From Marsupella aquatica (lineage: Eukaryota; Plantae; Marchantiophyta): 64,000 bases of DNA. Both the position numbers and the translations under genes were made by a program. Where the stretch lies: the NCBI GenBank assembly GCA_973895155.1, contig OZ316897.1:10997832-11061831 (forward strand), in the 5' to 3' direction. Position 1 is the stretch's first letter. Every line of letters starts with the position of its first letter. The notes under the pieces are model-generated. The model saw only the letters and a list, made by a program, of their open reading frames with translations. It was not told the origin of the DNA and searched no databases. Shown here piece by piece: positions 1-11,508 of this stretch.

Positions 1-2905
1 GCTTTCAAGACAGTCTTGACAACATCATACTGGTCAATACTATGATGAATGATAACTCGCCGAAGATTTGCCTTGGTGACAACCTTGAAACACTGAACCA
101 TCTTGGTAACCTCTTCCACACCCCATCCAACATGGTCTTCGTGAAGACAAGCAGTCATTCCAAACCCATATGGAATATCTGCCAAAGCCAATGTGTAAGC
201 TCGTGATGGGACTACCTCATGCAATTTCTGAGCATCGTGTGTAAAGATATCATAGTACACATCCCCAAACTGTGGATGCTCAAAAGCATTAGGGTGGAGT
301 TCACTTCCCTAGATCTCTCGGCAAGATGTCTTCATTGCCCACCAGTTCTGTGCTTGTGCAATATGCGCATTGAACTTATCTGGGAAGGACTTCAACTCTT
401 TGCCTTCTTCACTCTCTCGCTTCTTTTTCCGGGAGCTGCTGTCTTTCTGAAAAAAACATTTGCCGGTATGAGATTCCTACATACTTAAGAATAAAATTGT
501 AAAACAAATGCATAATCAATCTCTATCAAATAAACTTACCCAAGTCTGGAAGATAGGAACAAAATTCTTCAACACATTATCAGTGCAGTGTTCTGGGTAC
601 TTGGTTTTGCAATTCTTCCAACTCTCTTCGTGAAGACAAGTAAGAAATGCTTTTTGCACTTGCATTTGGAATTTGTGCCGTTGAAATTCCTGTCCCATCT
701 CTTGAAGAGATAGTTCCTTTGCCAAAACCTTTGTAGCACTGGACAGATCATGTCTGGATCTTTCAATGCCTGCATGTGTCTCCACTCAGTCAACTTCATA
801 TCCTCACATAGCATTCTAGCATCTCCAGACTTGGACATATTTTTCTTGGTCTTATCTCTTTTCTGTCCTTTTATTTCACAATTCTCCCATGTGTCAAAGA
901 TTTGTCATATGAAAGACCAAACAATATCCTTTCGAAATGCCAACTAAAATAAATTATCATTGGCATTCAGAACCTCAGAATCTTTACGTACACCCCAGTC
1001 CTTCAGATTGATTTTAGTGGCACACTCCCTGGGCCCCCACTCCTTTCTAATATGGGGAGGACGTGAGAACCGTTCAAGGGTCATTTTTATCCCTTCAGCG
1101 GTAATTTTTATAATTCGCTTACAATTCCGCAACCACTTTGTAATTTTGCAAGATCTCTTGAAATGACATCCTTCTTACTTTTGCGGAAGGGTAAATCAAT
1201 AGGTAGCAACACTCGACATCATATTGTTGGTACACGTGTCAAATTATAATTGGTACACGTGTATTATCCTTACAATATCCATATCTCCTTCATAGATTAA
1301 AATGTTAATACTGGCAACTATGCTAAGCCAGAAAAGTTTTGAAGGGAGGATTGGGGGTGATCCCGGGGGCGATGGGTGATGGACCGGGTGTGTGGAATGA
1401 AATTGTAATATATGAAGGATAATTATTATTGCCCAAAACTCCCTTTTGTAATACACTGAAGATACTTTAATAAGAGGAAATTTTTGGTTTTTATAAAAAA
1501 CCAAGGATAATCTCTATAGGAGAAAAATTAATAAGAAGGGGTACCTGTGTAGGGGAGGCTCACAGGTATGATTGTATAATATACAAAGAGTGAGGGCCCA
1601 AGGGGCACACTCCTTGAAATCAACATTTGATGATGATCCATTCTCTACAAATCGCATGTGAATGTAATTCACTCTTTGGATGGTGCTCATCTGTTGACAA
1701 AATTCAGAGTCTATATTATGACTCCAAGCTAAGTTCCTTGCTTCCTGGATAGACAAGCCTGCAAAGATCCAAGATTGCACTCTCCTGTATGACTTGTTGT
1801 TGGGAAATTGTAATGCCAAGTCTGCCTTTGCACAAGCAGAATGATTTCCCCCAATCACGTAATAGTGGTAATCATTCTTTTTTGAGAAATCAAAATCACC
1901 TCAAGTTGGGCACTCCTTGGGATCAACCAAGAGAACAAAAGGTGTTGCCAATGGACTAGCTCCAGTTGCTTTCATCCTTGTGGTAAATTAACTGTGTAAG
2001 AAAGTAAGGCTCGATATGCCTTACTTGGTACACTGGCAACTCCAAAGATTTCTCCCGGATCGGTGGGTGAAGTTGTCCAATGACAATTGTGATTGTCTCC
2101 TCTTGAACTCCACACCTCATCAAAATCCCTTCCTGGTAGACCACCCGAGCATCCATTGACATAGATTGAGCCTTCTACTCCAAATGAGTGGGGGCTTTTT
2201 CCAACGTTTGCTTCTTGGATTTTGGTGAACTTGGTCCTACACCTTGAGAACCCTCCGGTCCACGTTTCTTTGATGAAGTCCGAGTACCAACAGTGCCTTG
2301 TGCTGATCCTCCCGTCACGGCTGTCCCCTCTTGCAATCTTGCAATTTGTGAACCACCACCAGATATTGGAGATGTAACAACCATCTTTCTCGCCAGAACA
2401 GAACTCAGACGAGATCCAGAAGGAGCAGAAGAAGAACCAGACTTTGGTGGATGGGCATTGGCACTCTTCTCTACTGCTTTTCGAAGAACTCCCGAGACTT
2501 TCAAATTGCACTCTTCAATGTGCTGGCATGATGGTCAAACACATAACCAGCAATGAGCTGTGCAATATCATTGTAGCTTTCTTCTGCCAATAGATTCTTC
2601 ACCTTCTCAATAATCATCTCAATGTCATCAGCCAAGTAACAATGCGCAGGTCTTCTAAAAAATCTCTCAACGTCAACTGCAATCAGCGTAGACGTCTCCT
2701 TTGTTGTGATAAGCATATTGAGTACATCACCTCCTCGTCAAAAGACATCAATCCGGCCATAATTCACCCAACCAAGACCTCCAGAAGGCAAGGTCTCGTA
2801 GATGCACAACATCAAAAAAGGCTTCTTCCACAATTCTGTACCCAATGATATGGTCCAAGAAGAGTTTCCGAAATCTGTCAAAGGATGCTCAACAAAAATT
2901 TCCAT
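1..2905 (-). pseudogene. Spliced, decayed gene: ParB/Srx-like domain + helical region + beta-class amino (N6A/N4C) DNA methyltransferase N-terminal half; runs off the left edge
   Basis: Manual translation. ParB-like block 'YQVRHIEPYFLTQLI..RMKATGASPLATPFVLLVD..YHYYVIGGNHSACAKADL..VQSWIFAGLSIQEARNLAWSHN' (~2030-1715). Intron GT at ~539 to AG at ~447. Last visible exon reads 'YDIFTHDAQKLHEVVPSRAYTLALADIPYGFG' (DIPY at 179-168). Several stops (e.g. 311-309), frameshifts and a MITE insertion. Confidence 0.7.
1027..1603. mobile_element. MITE-like non-autonomous DNA transposon, 8-bp TSD
   Basis: TSD GGCACACT at 1019-1026 and 1604-1611. 16-bp TIR CCCTGGGCCCCCACTC / GAGTGAGGGCCCAAGG (2 mismatches). 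Removing it restores the host frame VDFKECA|TKINLK. Confidence 0.8.
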
Positions 2906-2929
2906 CGACCATCGACTATCGACTACTGC

Positions 2930-3260
2930 TCCCCCCTGGCCCTTCGACACTTTCTCCTCCCCCAGCCTTCAACTATTTCTCCATCTCCCCCGACCCACTA
3001 TTTCTCTCCCCAGCCTTCGACTATGTCTCTCCCCCAACCTTCGATAGTTGCTTCTCCCCGGGCCCTTCAACGATTTCTCCTCCCTTGGCCTTCGACAATT
3101 TTTTGTCCCTCCCCCGACCTTCGATGATTTCTCCTCCCTCCCTTGGCCTTCGCTGATTTCTCCTCCCTCCCCCGGCCTTTGACGATTTTGCCTCCTTCCC
3201 CCGGCTTCAACAATTTTTGCTCCCTCCCCTGGCCTTCGCCAATTGCTTCCCCCCAGGCCG
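2930..3260. repeat. Degenerate ~30-bp pyrimidine-rich tandem repeat
   Basis: About 10 units of CCTTCGAC...TTT(C)TC(C)TCCCCC(A/G)G just upstream of the ParB-MTase start. Confidence 0.8.
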
Positions 3261-3755
3261 TTGACAATCCCTCCTCGAAATTAATTGCCTGTTGCGCTCT
3301 TAACACTCTCCCGCGCGCCAACTCACGAGCCAATTTTTGATCTTGCTGCCTCCTAACCAAATTTCTTCCTCTCCCTTTCATGATTGATACTCCCTTTGTG
3401 ACGCCGCCGGTACGGCGGTTAATGAGTGATTCAGTCTAACTACGCTCGGCACGCGCGTTAGGTGGGTCTTAGGCCGCTATTATTAGCATAACGACAGTAT
3501 TTAGGTAATCATTAGGGGTAGGACATCATTAGGCAATAAGGGGGACTTCAGGTTCGGACTGGTGGTGGGTCGCTATTCGCACACCCGGGTTACGAGCGTG
3601 GAAGGGCCCCTCCCTCGGGTCCGTATAACGAACTTAAGGAAGTGGCCACTGACGCACGCTGACTCAGACCGGCGGAGTGGCCGGTACACCACAAGCGTGA
3701 GCGGTTCAGCCTATGGGCGTTGAGGAGACGTCGGGGGATCGACAAGCCCTCAAAG

Positions 3756-3762
3756 TATAAAA
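3756..3762 (+). promoter_or_regulatory. TATA box of the solo LTR
   Basis: TATAAAA(GGGG) about 360 bp inside the LTR, followed by a CT-rich tract and then the long ORF. Confidence 0.5.
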
Positions 3763-4127
3763 GGGGAGCCAACCCTTTGTAGTGCACCAGTCCATCAGTC
3801 CGCACGCCAGCTTCGACCCCAACTCTCTCGGTCTCTCTAGGTCGCCACTACTATCTCCTCTGAATGTCGCACACGATCCTCTCCAGCTCGGCCATTCGAT
3901 TCTGGACGTAGTTCCTATCTACCGGAAGGCACTTGGCCGATTCATTGAAACACGCCAACCCGCGCCGATACGAAATCGAACGCGAGTACGAGAGAGCCAT
4001 CCGCCTAGCAGGACGACACCACTACATCCTTAACTTTGACTACCCATCTTAGAGCGAGCTTTACCAACCAGCAGAGGTATCTAGGTACTTCTTCAACGGA
4101 GACAAATATATCGGTTTCTGGGAAGCA

Positions 4128-6518
4128 TTGCTTCGGCTTCCGGACGAGGTCTTCAATATCCTGGGTACAATCGACCTGCAGCGACATCACTTCGACCACA
4201 TCCCTGCCCGGGTTCGGGCTGTCATTAACGGCGAGTCCAGTACCAACCGTTCGACAAGGGCGTCCGCACTCGCTTCGGAGAACTTCTACCAGCACCTGCA
4301 GAGCTTCATGGGAACTCGGCCATCAACCAACATGACCAACTCAGCCATGCCCGTACCCGTACCCGTGCCCATGCAACCCCAGCCTCAACCTCAGGCTCAG
4401 CTTCAGCTTCAGCCTCAGCCGCAGCCTAGCCAAACCCCACCACCTATCACCCAGCCAGCACAGGTATGCTCCGTCATCAACGCTGTGGATCTTAGCGATG
4501 ACGACGAGGCTATCCCACCCTTGACCAGGCGGCCCAGAGGAACAAGCGCTCGGGGGGGCAACACTATATCGTCCCCACCCCCTGCTCTGACCCCAGGAGC
4601 GGCCCCTGCAGACAACATGGTGACCGTGGCCGCCCCAGGCCCGTTACCAACGGCAGTGGCACTACCTAGGCCCGATCGGGAGGATGGGGAAGTATCACCT
4701 TCCCCGAGCCAGTCACGGGGAAAGAAGAGGAAGGAATCCGCCACTGCATCCGGGTTACCGTTGGCCACGGTAGCCGTAGCCAAGGTGACGATGCACCGCT
4801 TGGGGGAAAACGTTCACAGTAACATCCTCCATCCTAAGCATGCGGTGTACCTGAAGACTCAGGGATTTGAGCACCTCACCTCTCTCCCCTGGAACACTTG
4901 CAGGTACTACGGGGAGGACATGACAGAATTCATCAAGAATTATGACAACGTACGTCAACAGACTCGGCTGCGGGGAAGGAATATGTCCCTCACAGAAGAA
5001 CGGCTCAAGATGATCTTCGGGTTACCCGAAGGTGACCATCAAGTCGAATCACGGGCTCCCGGGGGCAAGGGAACCAAGTACCAATCTTCAAGTTTTCCCT
5101 TAGAGGGAGCAGTAGACAACGGGTTCGTGATGAGGACCTGCCTCATGCCCGAGATAGCTGAGCGGCTGGAGTTCCAAAGGTACGCTCTCCACATGATGGA
5201 ACCCCGGGGGGAGATCTCCGCCGCCCAGGTTATCCAGGTCGAGAACTATCGACCTAGGAAATGGGCATCGTACTTCGCTAAGAAATTCCATGAAGAAATG
5301 GAGCGGCGAAGGAAGACGCTGTACATTGGCGGGAAGGCGTATTTTGCTAGCCACATCGAAATCATTCTTGAGTGGTACGCCCGGTTTGATCGACGAACCC
5401 TTCCCCGCATCAACGTTACAAAGCTGGTCCCAGCTAGGTGGGTTTTTCCGGCATTGGAGAGGTGGCCCCAACCCGAGGCCCGAAGTCCAGCGGACACGCC
5501 AGCTTCACCCACCCCACCTCCACAAATAGCTGTAATCGTAACCGAGGAGGCGTCGGATGGGTCGGTTGTCGCAACCGTTGATGCGACCCAACTAGTCGGG
5601 CTAAGTACAGAAGTTGTTACGGCAGAGGTCTTACCCGAGCCCGGGTCTCCCAAGGACCCACCGGTGGCAATTCCGGAGAACCGGACATTGCTGCAGGAGA
5701 ACACTCCATCCCCTTCCAACGTTATGTCCCCAGGGCTGGACGTCACTGCCCCGGTCCCCGCGCGTGTTGACGTTTGCCCGTGCCCAAATCCGGACAGGCA
5801 CAACTTGGGCCACCCGGAACTCTTCGTACAGGGTACGTTTCTGAACGGGCTTTTGGGAGATTTCTCTCATCAAATTGCCCGGGATACCGGGGAGTTCATG
5901 GCCCGGAAGGTAGCCTGTTTCTTCAATCAGGAGTTGGTTGCCGCAATAAAGGCAGGTCGGGCCCAGTCGGAGGCCCTTCAAAGGATAGAGCGGTACCGGG
6001 TGGAGTCCGTGTACCTAAAGAATGAAGTGGCGGCTCAAGAGGCTGAGCTTCTGCAACTACGACCCAAGGTTGCAGCCGCCGATGAGTTGTTAGCAAAGGC
6101 GCACGCTCTTACCGTCCTAGCCGAACAGGCCAAAGCTGGGAACGAGGCCAAGATTACACGACTCCGGAACCAGATTGACAGTTTGAAGAAACAAGTTGTC
6201 ACCTGGCAGAAAGACCTGGAGGAGGCCGAGGAGCGAGCCCAGCGGGACACGGCGGAGATAGCCACACTGCAGGCCGAGATGGCGCGGCTCCAAACCGAGG
6301 CCGAGAAGCAGGACCAGCTGGCGGGTAAATTGACGAGCGACGCCCAGCAATTGGAGGAGGCATGTCAGGAGGCAGCAGAGGAGACGGACGCGGCGAGGCG
6401 AGAGAATGAATCTCTGCTGGACCAGGTCCAGCTCCTCAAAGCGGACAATGATAGGCTTCGAAGGCAGCGGGATGGCCGTTCCCATTCGGGCGGCTCTGGC
6501 AAGCGTGCCAGGCATTAG
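4128..6518 (+). CDS. LTR-encoded retrotransposon accessory protein (Pro/Gln-rich N-terminus, plant-transposon-protein-like central domain, C-terminal coiled coil)
   Basis: Uninterrupted 796-codon ORF (first ATG 4308). Central 'YLKTQGFEHLTSLPW..EFIKNY..RGRNMSLTEERLKMIFGLP' resembles blocks at 15200-14990 and 31630-31435. Heptad-rich C-terminus. Confidence 0.75.
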   Translation: MLRLPDEVFNILGTIDLQRHHFDHIPARVRAVINGESSTNRSTRASALASENFYQHLQSFMGTRPSTNMTNSAMPVPVPVPMQPQPQPQAQLQLQPQPQPSQTPPPITQPAQVCSVINAVDLSDDDEAIPPLTRRPRGTSARGGNTISSPPPALTPGAAPADNMVTVAAPGPLPTAVALPRPDREDGEVSPSPSQSRGKKRKESATASGLPLATVAVAKVTMHRLGENVHSNILHPKHAVYLKTQGFEHLTSLPWNTCRYYGEDMTEFIKNYDNVRQQTRLRGRNMSLTEERLKMIFGLPEGDHQVESRAPGGKGTKYQSSSFPLEGAVDNGFVMRTCLMPEIAERLEFQRYALHMMEPRGEISAAQVIQVENYRPRKWASYFAKKFHEEMERRRKTLYIGGKAYFASHIEIILEWYARFDRRTLPRINVTKLVPARWVFPALERWPQPEARSPADTPASPTPPPQIAVIVTEEASDGSVVATVDATQLVGLSTEVVTAEVLPEPGSPKDPPVAIPENRTLLQENTPSPSNVMSPGLDVTAPVPARVDVCPCPNPDRHNLGHPELFVQGTFLNGLLGDFSHQIARDTGEFMARKVACFFNQELVAAIKAGRAQSEALQRIERYRVESVYLKNEVAAQEAELLQLRPKVAAADELLAKAHALTVLAEQAKAGNEAKITRLRNQIDSLKKQVVTWQKDLEEAEERAQRDTAEIATLQAEMARLQTEAEKQDQLAGKLTSDAQQLEEACQEAAEETDAARRENESLLDQVQLLKADNDRLRRQRDGRSHSGGSGKRARH

Positions 6519-7738
6519 CGGCGGAGTAGGAATAGATTAGGATTAGGATTGGCTTAGTCAGGCTCTTGGGATAGGCACCTGCCTTTGGTACAACAGCGCT
6601 GCCCTGCTGTCCAGCCTGCGTAGATTAGGATCTTCTAATAAGACACAGTCGTTTTCTGGCCTGACTGTCAGCTTAGTTAGGACCTTAGTCAGCAAACCTT
6701 CGGCGAGGACACCCCGTCCCTCGGCTCTTAGTATTTAGTGCACCCCTCGGTAGAGGCAGGGGGGTTTTAGTTTCAAAGTTGGACATCCACGGGATATGCG
6801 GGGAGTCCCGACCTCTGGGAATGAAAGAGTACCAAGGGGAGGGGGTAGGACTAAGCTTGCCGGGCGAGTGCGGAGCCGGGCTCCATTGTAGTGTGCACCC
6901 TCGGCCTTGAACCTGTTCATTCCAGGCCTGTCGGGTCAACTAAGTGTACACATGTGTTTCCCTTTGTAGTAAAATCCTTTCCCATCATTTTCCTTCGTGT
7001 AAATCGAGATTGTATGCATGTGTGCGCATATGTGTGTGGGTTTCTCGTATATGGGTGGCAGCACCAGGCCAAACGCACTACCCGAGACGTGCACAGGGTG
7101 CAGCCTGCGGGTAAGTGGTTGCGAGCACGGGTTGAGGACCTGTATCATCGAATCCGGATCGAAGGCGGACAGCACGAAGGCTTAGAAGCCCTTAAGCCGG
7201 GGTCGATCCTGCTATCGACTAAGGTACATTCCGGCGGCGGAACACAAACCATACCTAGGAGGTGTCCGTATTTAGCAGTATGCGCACTTAGCGCTAGTTT
7301 ACGAGAATAAGGTGTATTACGTGCTTCCCTTCCTGCCCGAACCCTCAGATTTATGAGGGATGTGCCCGTCTAAGCTGAAGTCTGAGTTAAGGCCGAAGCC
7401 GACGGCGTGACACCCTTCCACAAATTGATCTGCGCCTCAATAGTCAGGCTCTTCCATTCCATTCTGAGCTTCCATTCCACTACAAGATTAGATAGCTGCA
7501 CCAGATGTTGGTCCGCCCCCGATTTAGTGTGCAAATTTAGGGATTCAAACCAAGACTCAATTCAACTCCTGTTCAAACCACACCAATCACTGGGGGAAGA
7601 GCTTTCCACAACACCAAGCCTCAGCCCACCATAGCTCTTCATCGTGTCTCCTTTCCCTTTGCACTTTGTAGATGCACGCCCAGACTCTAGGCAGCTGACA
7701 GTCCAATTTGTCTCAAACTTAGCAATTTCCAATTTTTG

Positions 7739-7816
7739 GGTTCATGAATTCATGAACCTTTCGCCACCTCCACTTCAGGAATTCCTGAAGGTGGGAACCC
7801 TTCATGAATTCATGAA
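7739..7816. repeat. Cluster of TTCA(T/G)GAATTC(A/C)TGAA palindromes
   Basis: GGTTCATGAATTCATGAACC 7739-7758, CTTCAGGAATTCCTGAAG 7773-7790, TTCATGAATTCATGAA 7801-7816. Further copies at 8767-8780 and 59128-59143. Confidence 0.75.
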
Positions 7817-8417
7817 TGGGAATCAAGTATCATTTTGAAAGAATCTAGAAAAAGTCAAAATTTGTACCCAAAATAACCAATACAATGGGGAAAAGAAATA
7901 CAAGTAAAAACCAAGAAAAGGCCTAAAATAGGGGTCATCTAAGACATTTTTGGTTGCAATTGAATAGTCTGCAAAAACTGGAAAGAAAACATAAAGTAAA
8001 TTTGACCAATCCATTACTGATACACTATCTTAAGATTTTGGCATGAAAACATATGCTTTAAGTAAAAATAATAATTTTGACACCTTTGCTCACAATATTT
8101 CAGGAGAAGACTTCAGGAATTCATAACCCAAGTCTCCAAGAACTCTAATGAGTATTAGAAACCTGAAAACATAAGTAAACCTGTGAGATTTGGAGAAATA
8201 ATAAAATATTTTCTCATGAAAGATTTCTCTTCTTGTCACTAATTCCTAATGAATGGCGTGGCACATTTCTTAATTTTATTGCTAATTAATTTTTTGAGTT
8301 ATTTCCAAAACCTATAAAAGGGGCTTCTTATTCATGACTCTATCTCATTTCAATTTTTCAGTTTGAGTCAATTTGGTATTTTAGGTGTTCCTTTGTGATT
8401 TTTGTTCAATTTTTGAA

Positions 8418-9902
8418 ATGGCAGCCTGTTATGAGTCGGACTATTATTCGGATGGTATTTTGGATGATGTTTCCTTCCCGGATTGTCCTTGTACTATTAC
8501 TTCCCCAGATGTCCCTAGCAAAACCACTATTTTGGAGATGCCTTCCCCAACTCCAATGAGTAAGTTGAAAGTCAAGGCTCTTAGTGTACCAAATAGTAAG
8601 CAAAAATTATTTGGTCCTTGTGTGAGTGAGCACTCTGAGTCTTCGGACTCATCTGAGAGTACAAGTCCCCCTGGCCGTCAAGTATTATCAAATCCTTCTC
8701 AAACTCGGGGTAAATTTGGTGTGCGTCCTATTGGCCCTCAACATAGTGGAGAGCTGAAAAAAGGACTCATGAATTCATGAAGGCCAGATCTGGAGATGTG
8801 CCAAAAAGGCCCAGTCAAAGCCCAAAAGTGGATTTTTGTGCACTACGGGAAAGTCGTGGTGTGCAACATGCACCAATGAAAGAGAGTGAGTATTCTCGTC
8901 CTACATCTTTCAGATTTCAAGGAGTGAGAGCGGAAACAAGGAGGCCTCTTGGAACTGAGACTAATTCAAACAAGGAGAGGATCAATTTGAGAAGATCTCC
9001 AGGGAACTTTGATCGTTTGGCTGAGGTTGGAAGCGGATCTAAGTCAGAATACAACAAGGGCAAGAAGAAGGTCTTTGAAGAGATTCCAAACAAGAGGGCA
9101 AGAGAGTCAACCGAAGGTGGTTTCTTTGGGGATTCAGATGGAAATTGATCAAACTCACTCCTTTTGAGAGTGAAGGAGGAGCCATTGAGTCCTCGAGGGC
9201 GGGTGAGAAGGGGTTTGTCTGCACACCAACTCAATAAATTTGTGGAGATATCTTCTTCAATCAAAGAATCTTCTTCTGAGAGTGATGGAGAGCATGCAGA
9301 GAGAGTTATGATGGCTAATAAACGACCATCAAATCTCAGCTTGTGTGAAACAAAGATGACAGACGAGGATATCAAGAAGACAAATCGTAAGTACTGCTGT
9401 CAACGTCATTATCTCCTGAGTCTTTCACCAAAACAAATTTGTGAAGCACGCTCAAAGTTTTTGAGGCAAAAATCTCAGCTAGGATCGATCTTTATCTTTG
9501 CAGTGGCTCGTCAAGCAAGACGGAAATGAAGAGGGGAGGTCCAATGTCACATACATGATTGGACAAAGAGATCTGTGTCGGAAAGCTTTCAAGATGGTCT
9601 TTTGTGTAGGAAATGAAAGATTGAATAGGATCAAGAAGCTAGACAATCAAGATCTTGCTTATCGTAGACCGGTTGGTCGACCTCCATCTATGAGAACATT
9701 GGTATTGAGTTCTTGGTTGAAGTTTTTTTTTGAGACTCGTGTGGAGACTCTACCGAATAAAGATGTTTCACATTTGCCTGATAATTATTCCAAACTAGAA
9801 GGTTGGAAAATATATGATTCAAGCTATGTGATCACTGATGAGTCATCCAAAATATCATATAGGCAATTTTTGAAAGTATGGTCACAAGACTTTGGGCACG
9901 TG
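8418..9902 (+). pseudogene. Sola1/DUF7869-like DDD/E transposase, N-terminal part (interrupted by L1)
   Basis: Ser-rich N-terminus, then 'CCQRH..LCRKAFKMVFCVGNERLNRIK..HLPDNYSKLEGWKIY..ISYRQFLKVWSQDFGHV'. Continues in frame at 44825 after the TSD. Contains stops and frameshifts. Confidence 0.75.
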
Positions 9903-10615
9903 GAAGGAAGAACTAATGGACTGAGGACTGAGGAGCACAGCAGACTTGAGAAGGGTGGATGTTCTTGGCTGGGTCATCACTTTGGATCATTGTTTGGCTA
10001 GGTAATTTGGCAGCAGATGATGGTCGCGATTCCCTACTATTTGCGATTAGCATTATTGGATTTGGTTGAGGAAACGTTGAGCGCATGAAAAAGGTAGGAT
10101 TAGGGCTATTGGGAGTAAGGGTCTGGATGGCAAAACCATTGTCTTCTTAAAAGGTGAATAGTGAATGCTTAAACGGGGAAGGAGAGGCAAGCAAGAAAGG
10201 CTTGGACGAAGGGATCGATTGCACAAACCTATGGGCAAGCAGGAGCACGGGCGGAAGTGGTGAAAGTGGAGACTCAGCCAAACAAGAAGTCAACAAAGCA
10301 ACTAGAGAAGGGATTGCAATGGAGCAAGGTTGAAGATCTGCGGGGAGCTACAGGCATTCGAGTCTACTTCAAGTGGGAGGTGAGAAGGGACATCTCCCTG
10401 TTTTACTTTCCAATCTAACTGTCTGACATAGCCAAGTAATGTCGATTACTGGAACCGGGGCTGAGTTAGGGAAGAACAGGGTAGAACAACTGCGTGGACA
10501 CATGGACTTGGCTCCCTCGGGGAGCAAGGAAGGACTAAGTACGCATGCTAGGGAGGCAAACGAATGATTTAGCAAACAAGATTCTCGGAGTTCAGCTCCC
10601 CCTACTGGTAGAGGC

Positions 10616-11508
10616 TTGCTTGGTTCCTCTTTCAGACGTCCGCAGTATAAGGCGCAGGAACCCTATGATCTATTTGACAATTATGATCAAGGACATAAAG
10701 GAAAAGGCATAGAGTTGTCACAATCAACATGGGAGACCTGCAATTCCATGGGGATCCACTCTCGGGCAACAACTAACCGCCGCGCGAAGGGAATTGAATC
10801 TGGTCCCCATCAGGGGCGCAGTGCTGAGCTGGGGATCAAGGAGGTGGATGCGGGCGAACACTCGGAAAGAGAGGAGGGGACTGAGGTATCTGAGGAATGT
10901 ATTATGATTCTAAAAGAAATCACAGCAAACTCAAAGGGAGACTGGAGCACTAAGCTGTTCACGCCTGTAGACTGGAATCTTGAGGAAACTGGCAATGTCA
11001 GGCAACTATACAACTGCGGTATGCTATGTTACTTTATGGATTGGACTCCTATGTTACCTGGGTTTTGAGCATGGATTGAAGAATGGATGGTAGAGGGGAG
11101 AAATTGGCCGGTGCTACAAATCAAATTTATTGGAAAAAGTTTCTACTTGGTGGTGTTTGAAAATGCGGATCACAGAGACCTTGCCTTGTCGCTGCACCAT
11201 GGTTCCTTGAGCGCAAGCTGGTATGCACATTCCCTTGGGACCCCTCATTTGATATTCGAGCTGAAAAGTTTACTAAGCTCCCTGTCTGGATTGAGCTCCC
11301 TTTTTGAGCTCTTGTGTTGGAAGGGTGCCATATCAAGATTGCGGAGTCTTTGGGTAAGCTGCTACATTACATTCAGGGTGCTGAATACAGCTCTTATCCC
11401 CATGATAGAGCCTGTATTCTCTGGGATACTGAACGAGAAGTGCCAAAGAGTGCTCGTGTAAGGATCAGGGACGACATTGTCATCTGGCAGCCGATACTAT
11501 TCAAGAAC
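10616..11508 (+). pseudogene. L1 ORF1 remnant (DUF4283-like)
   Basis: 'IKFIGKSFYLVVFENADHRDLAL..PWFL..FPWDPSFD..LPVWIELP..IAESLGKLL..RACILWD', frameshifted. Cut at 11508 by a Gypsy LTR. Confidence 0.8.

Larger units (their letters stand above)
3397..7412 (+). mobile_element. 4-kb solo LTR (Ty3/Gypsy type) containing a long ORF
   Basis: Termini TGTGACGCCG...CGGCGTGACA (10-bp inverted repeat, 1 mismatch). 5-bp TSD CCCTT at 3392-3396 and 7413-7417. No internal direct repeats and no gag/pol. The ORF resembles the one in the LTR at 11509-16159. Confidence 0.8.

Noticed and set aside
1-2905. Bacterial contamination or a restriction-modification locus as the source of the ParB-MTase
   Set aside because: The gene has a GT-AG intron and a MITE insertion and is contiguous with plant-type transposons.
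2802-3381. Overlapping Pro/Ser- or Gly/Arg-rich ORFs
   Set aside because: By-products of the ~30-bp tandem repeat.
4128-6518. Host gene or retroviral env
   Set aside because: It lies wholly within a TSD-flanked TG..CA unit, has no introns and shows no evident signal peptide or transmembrane helix.
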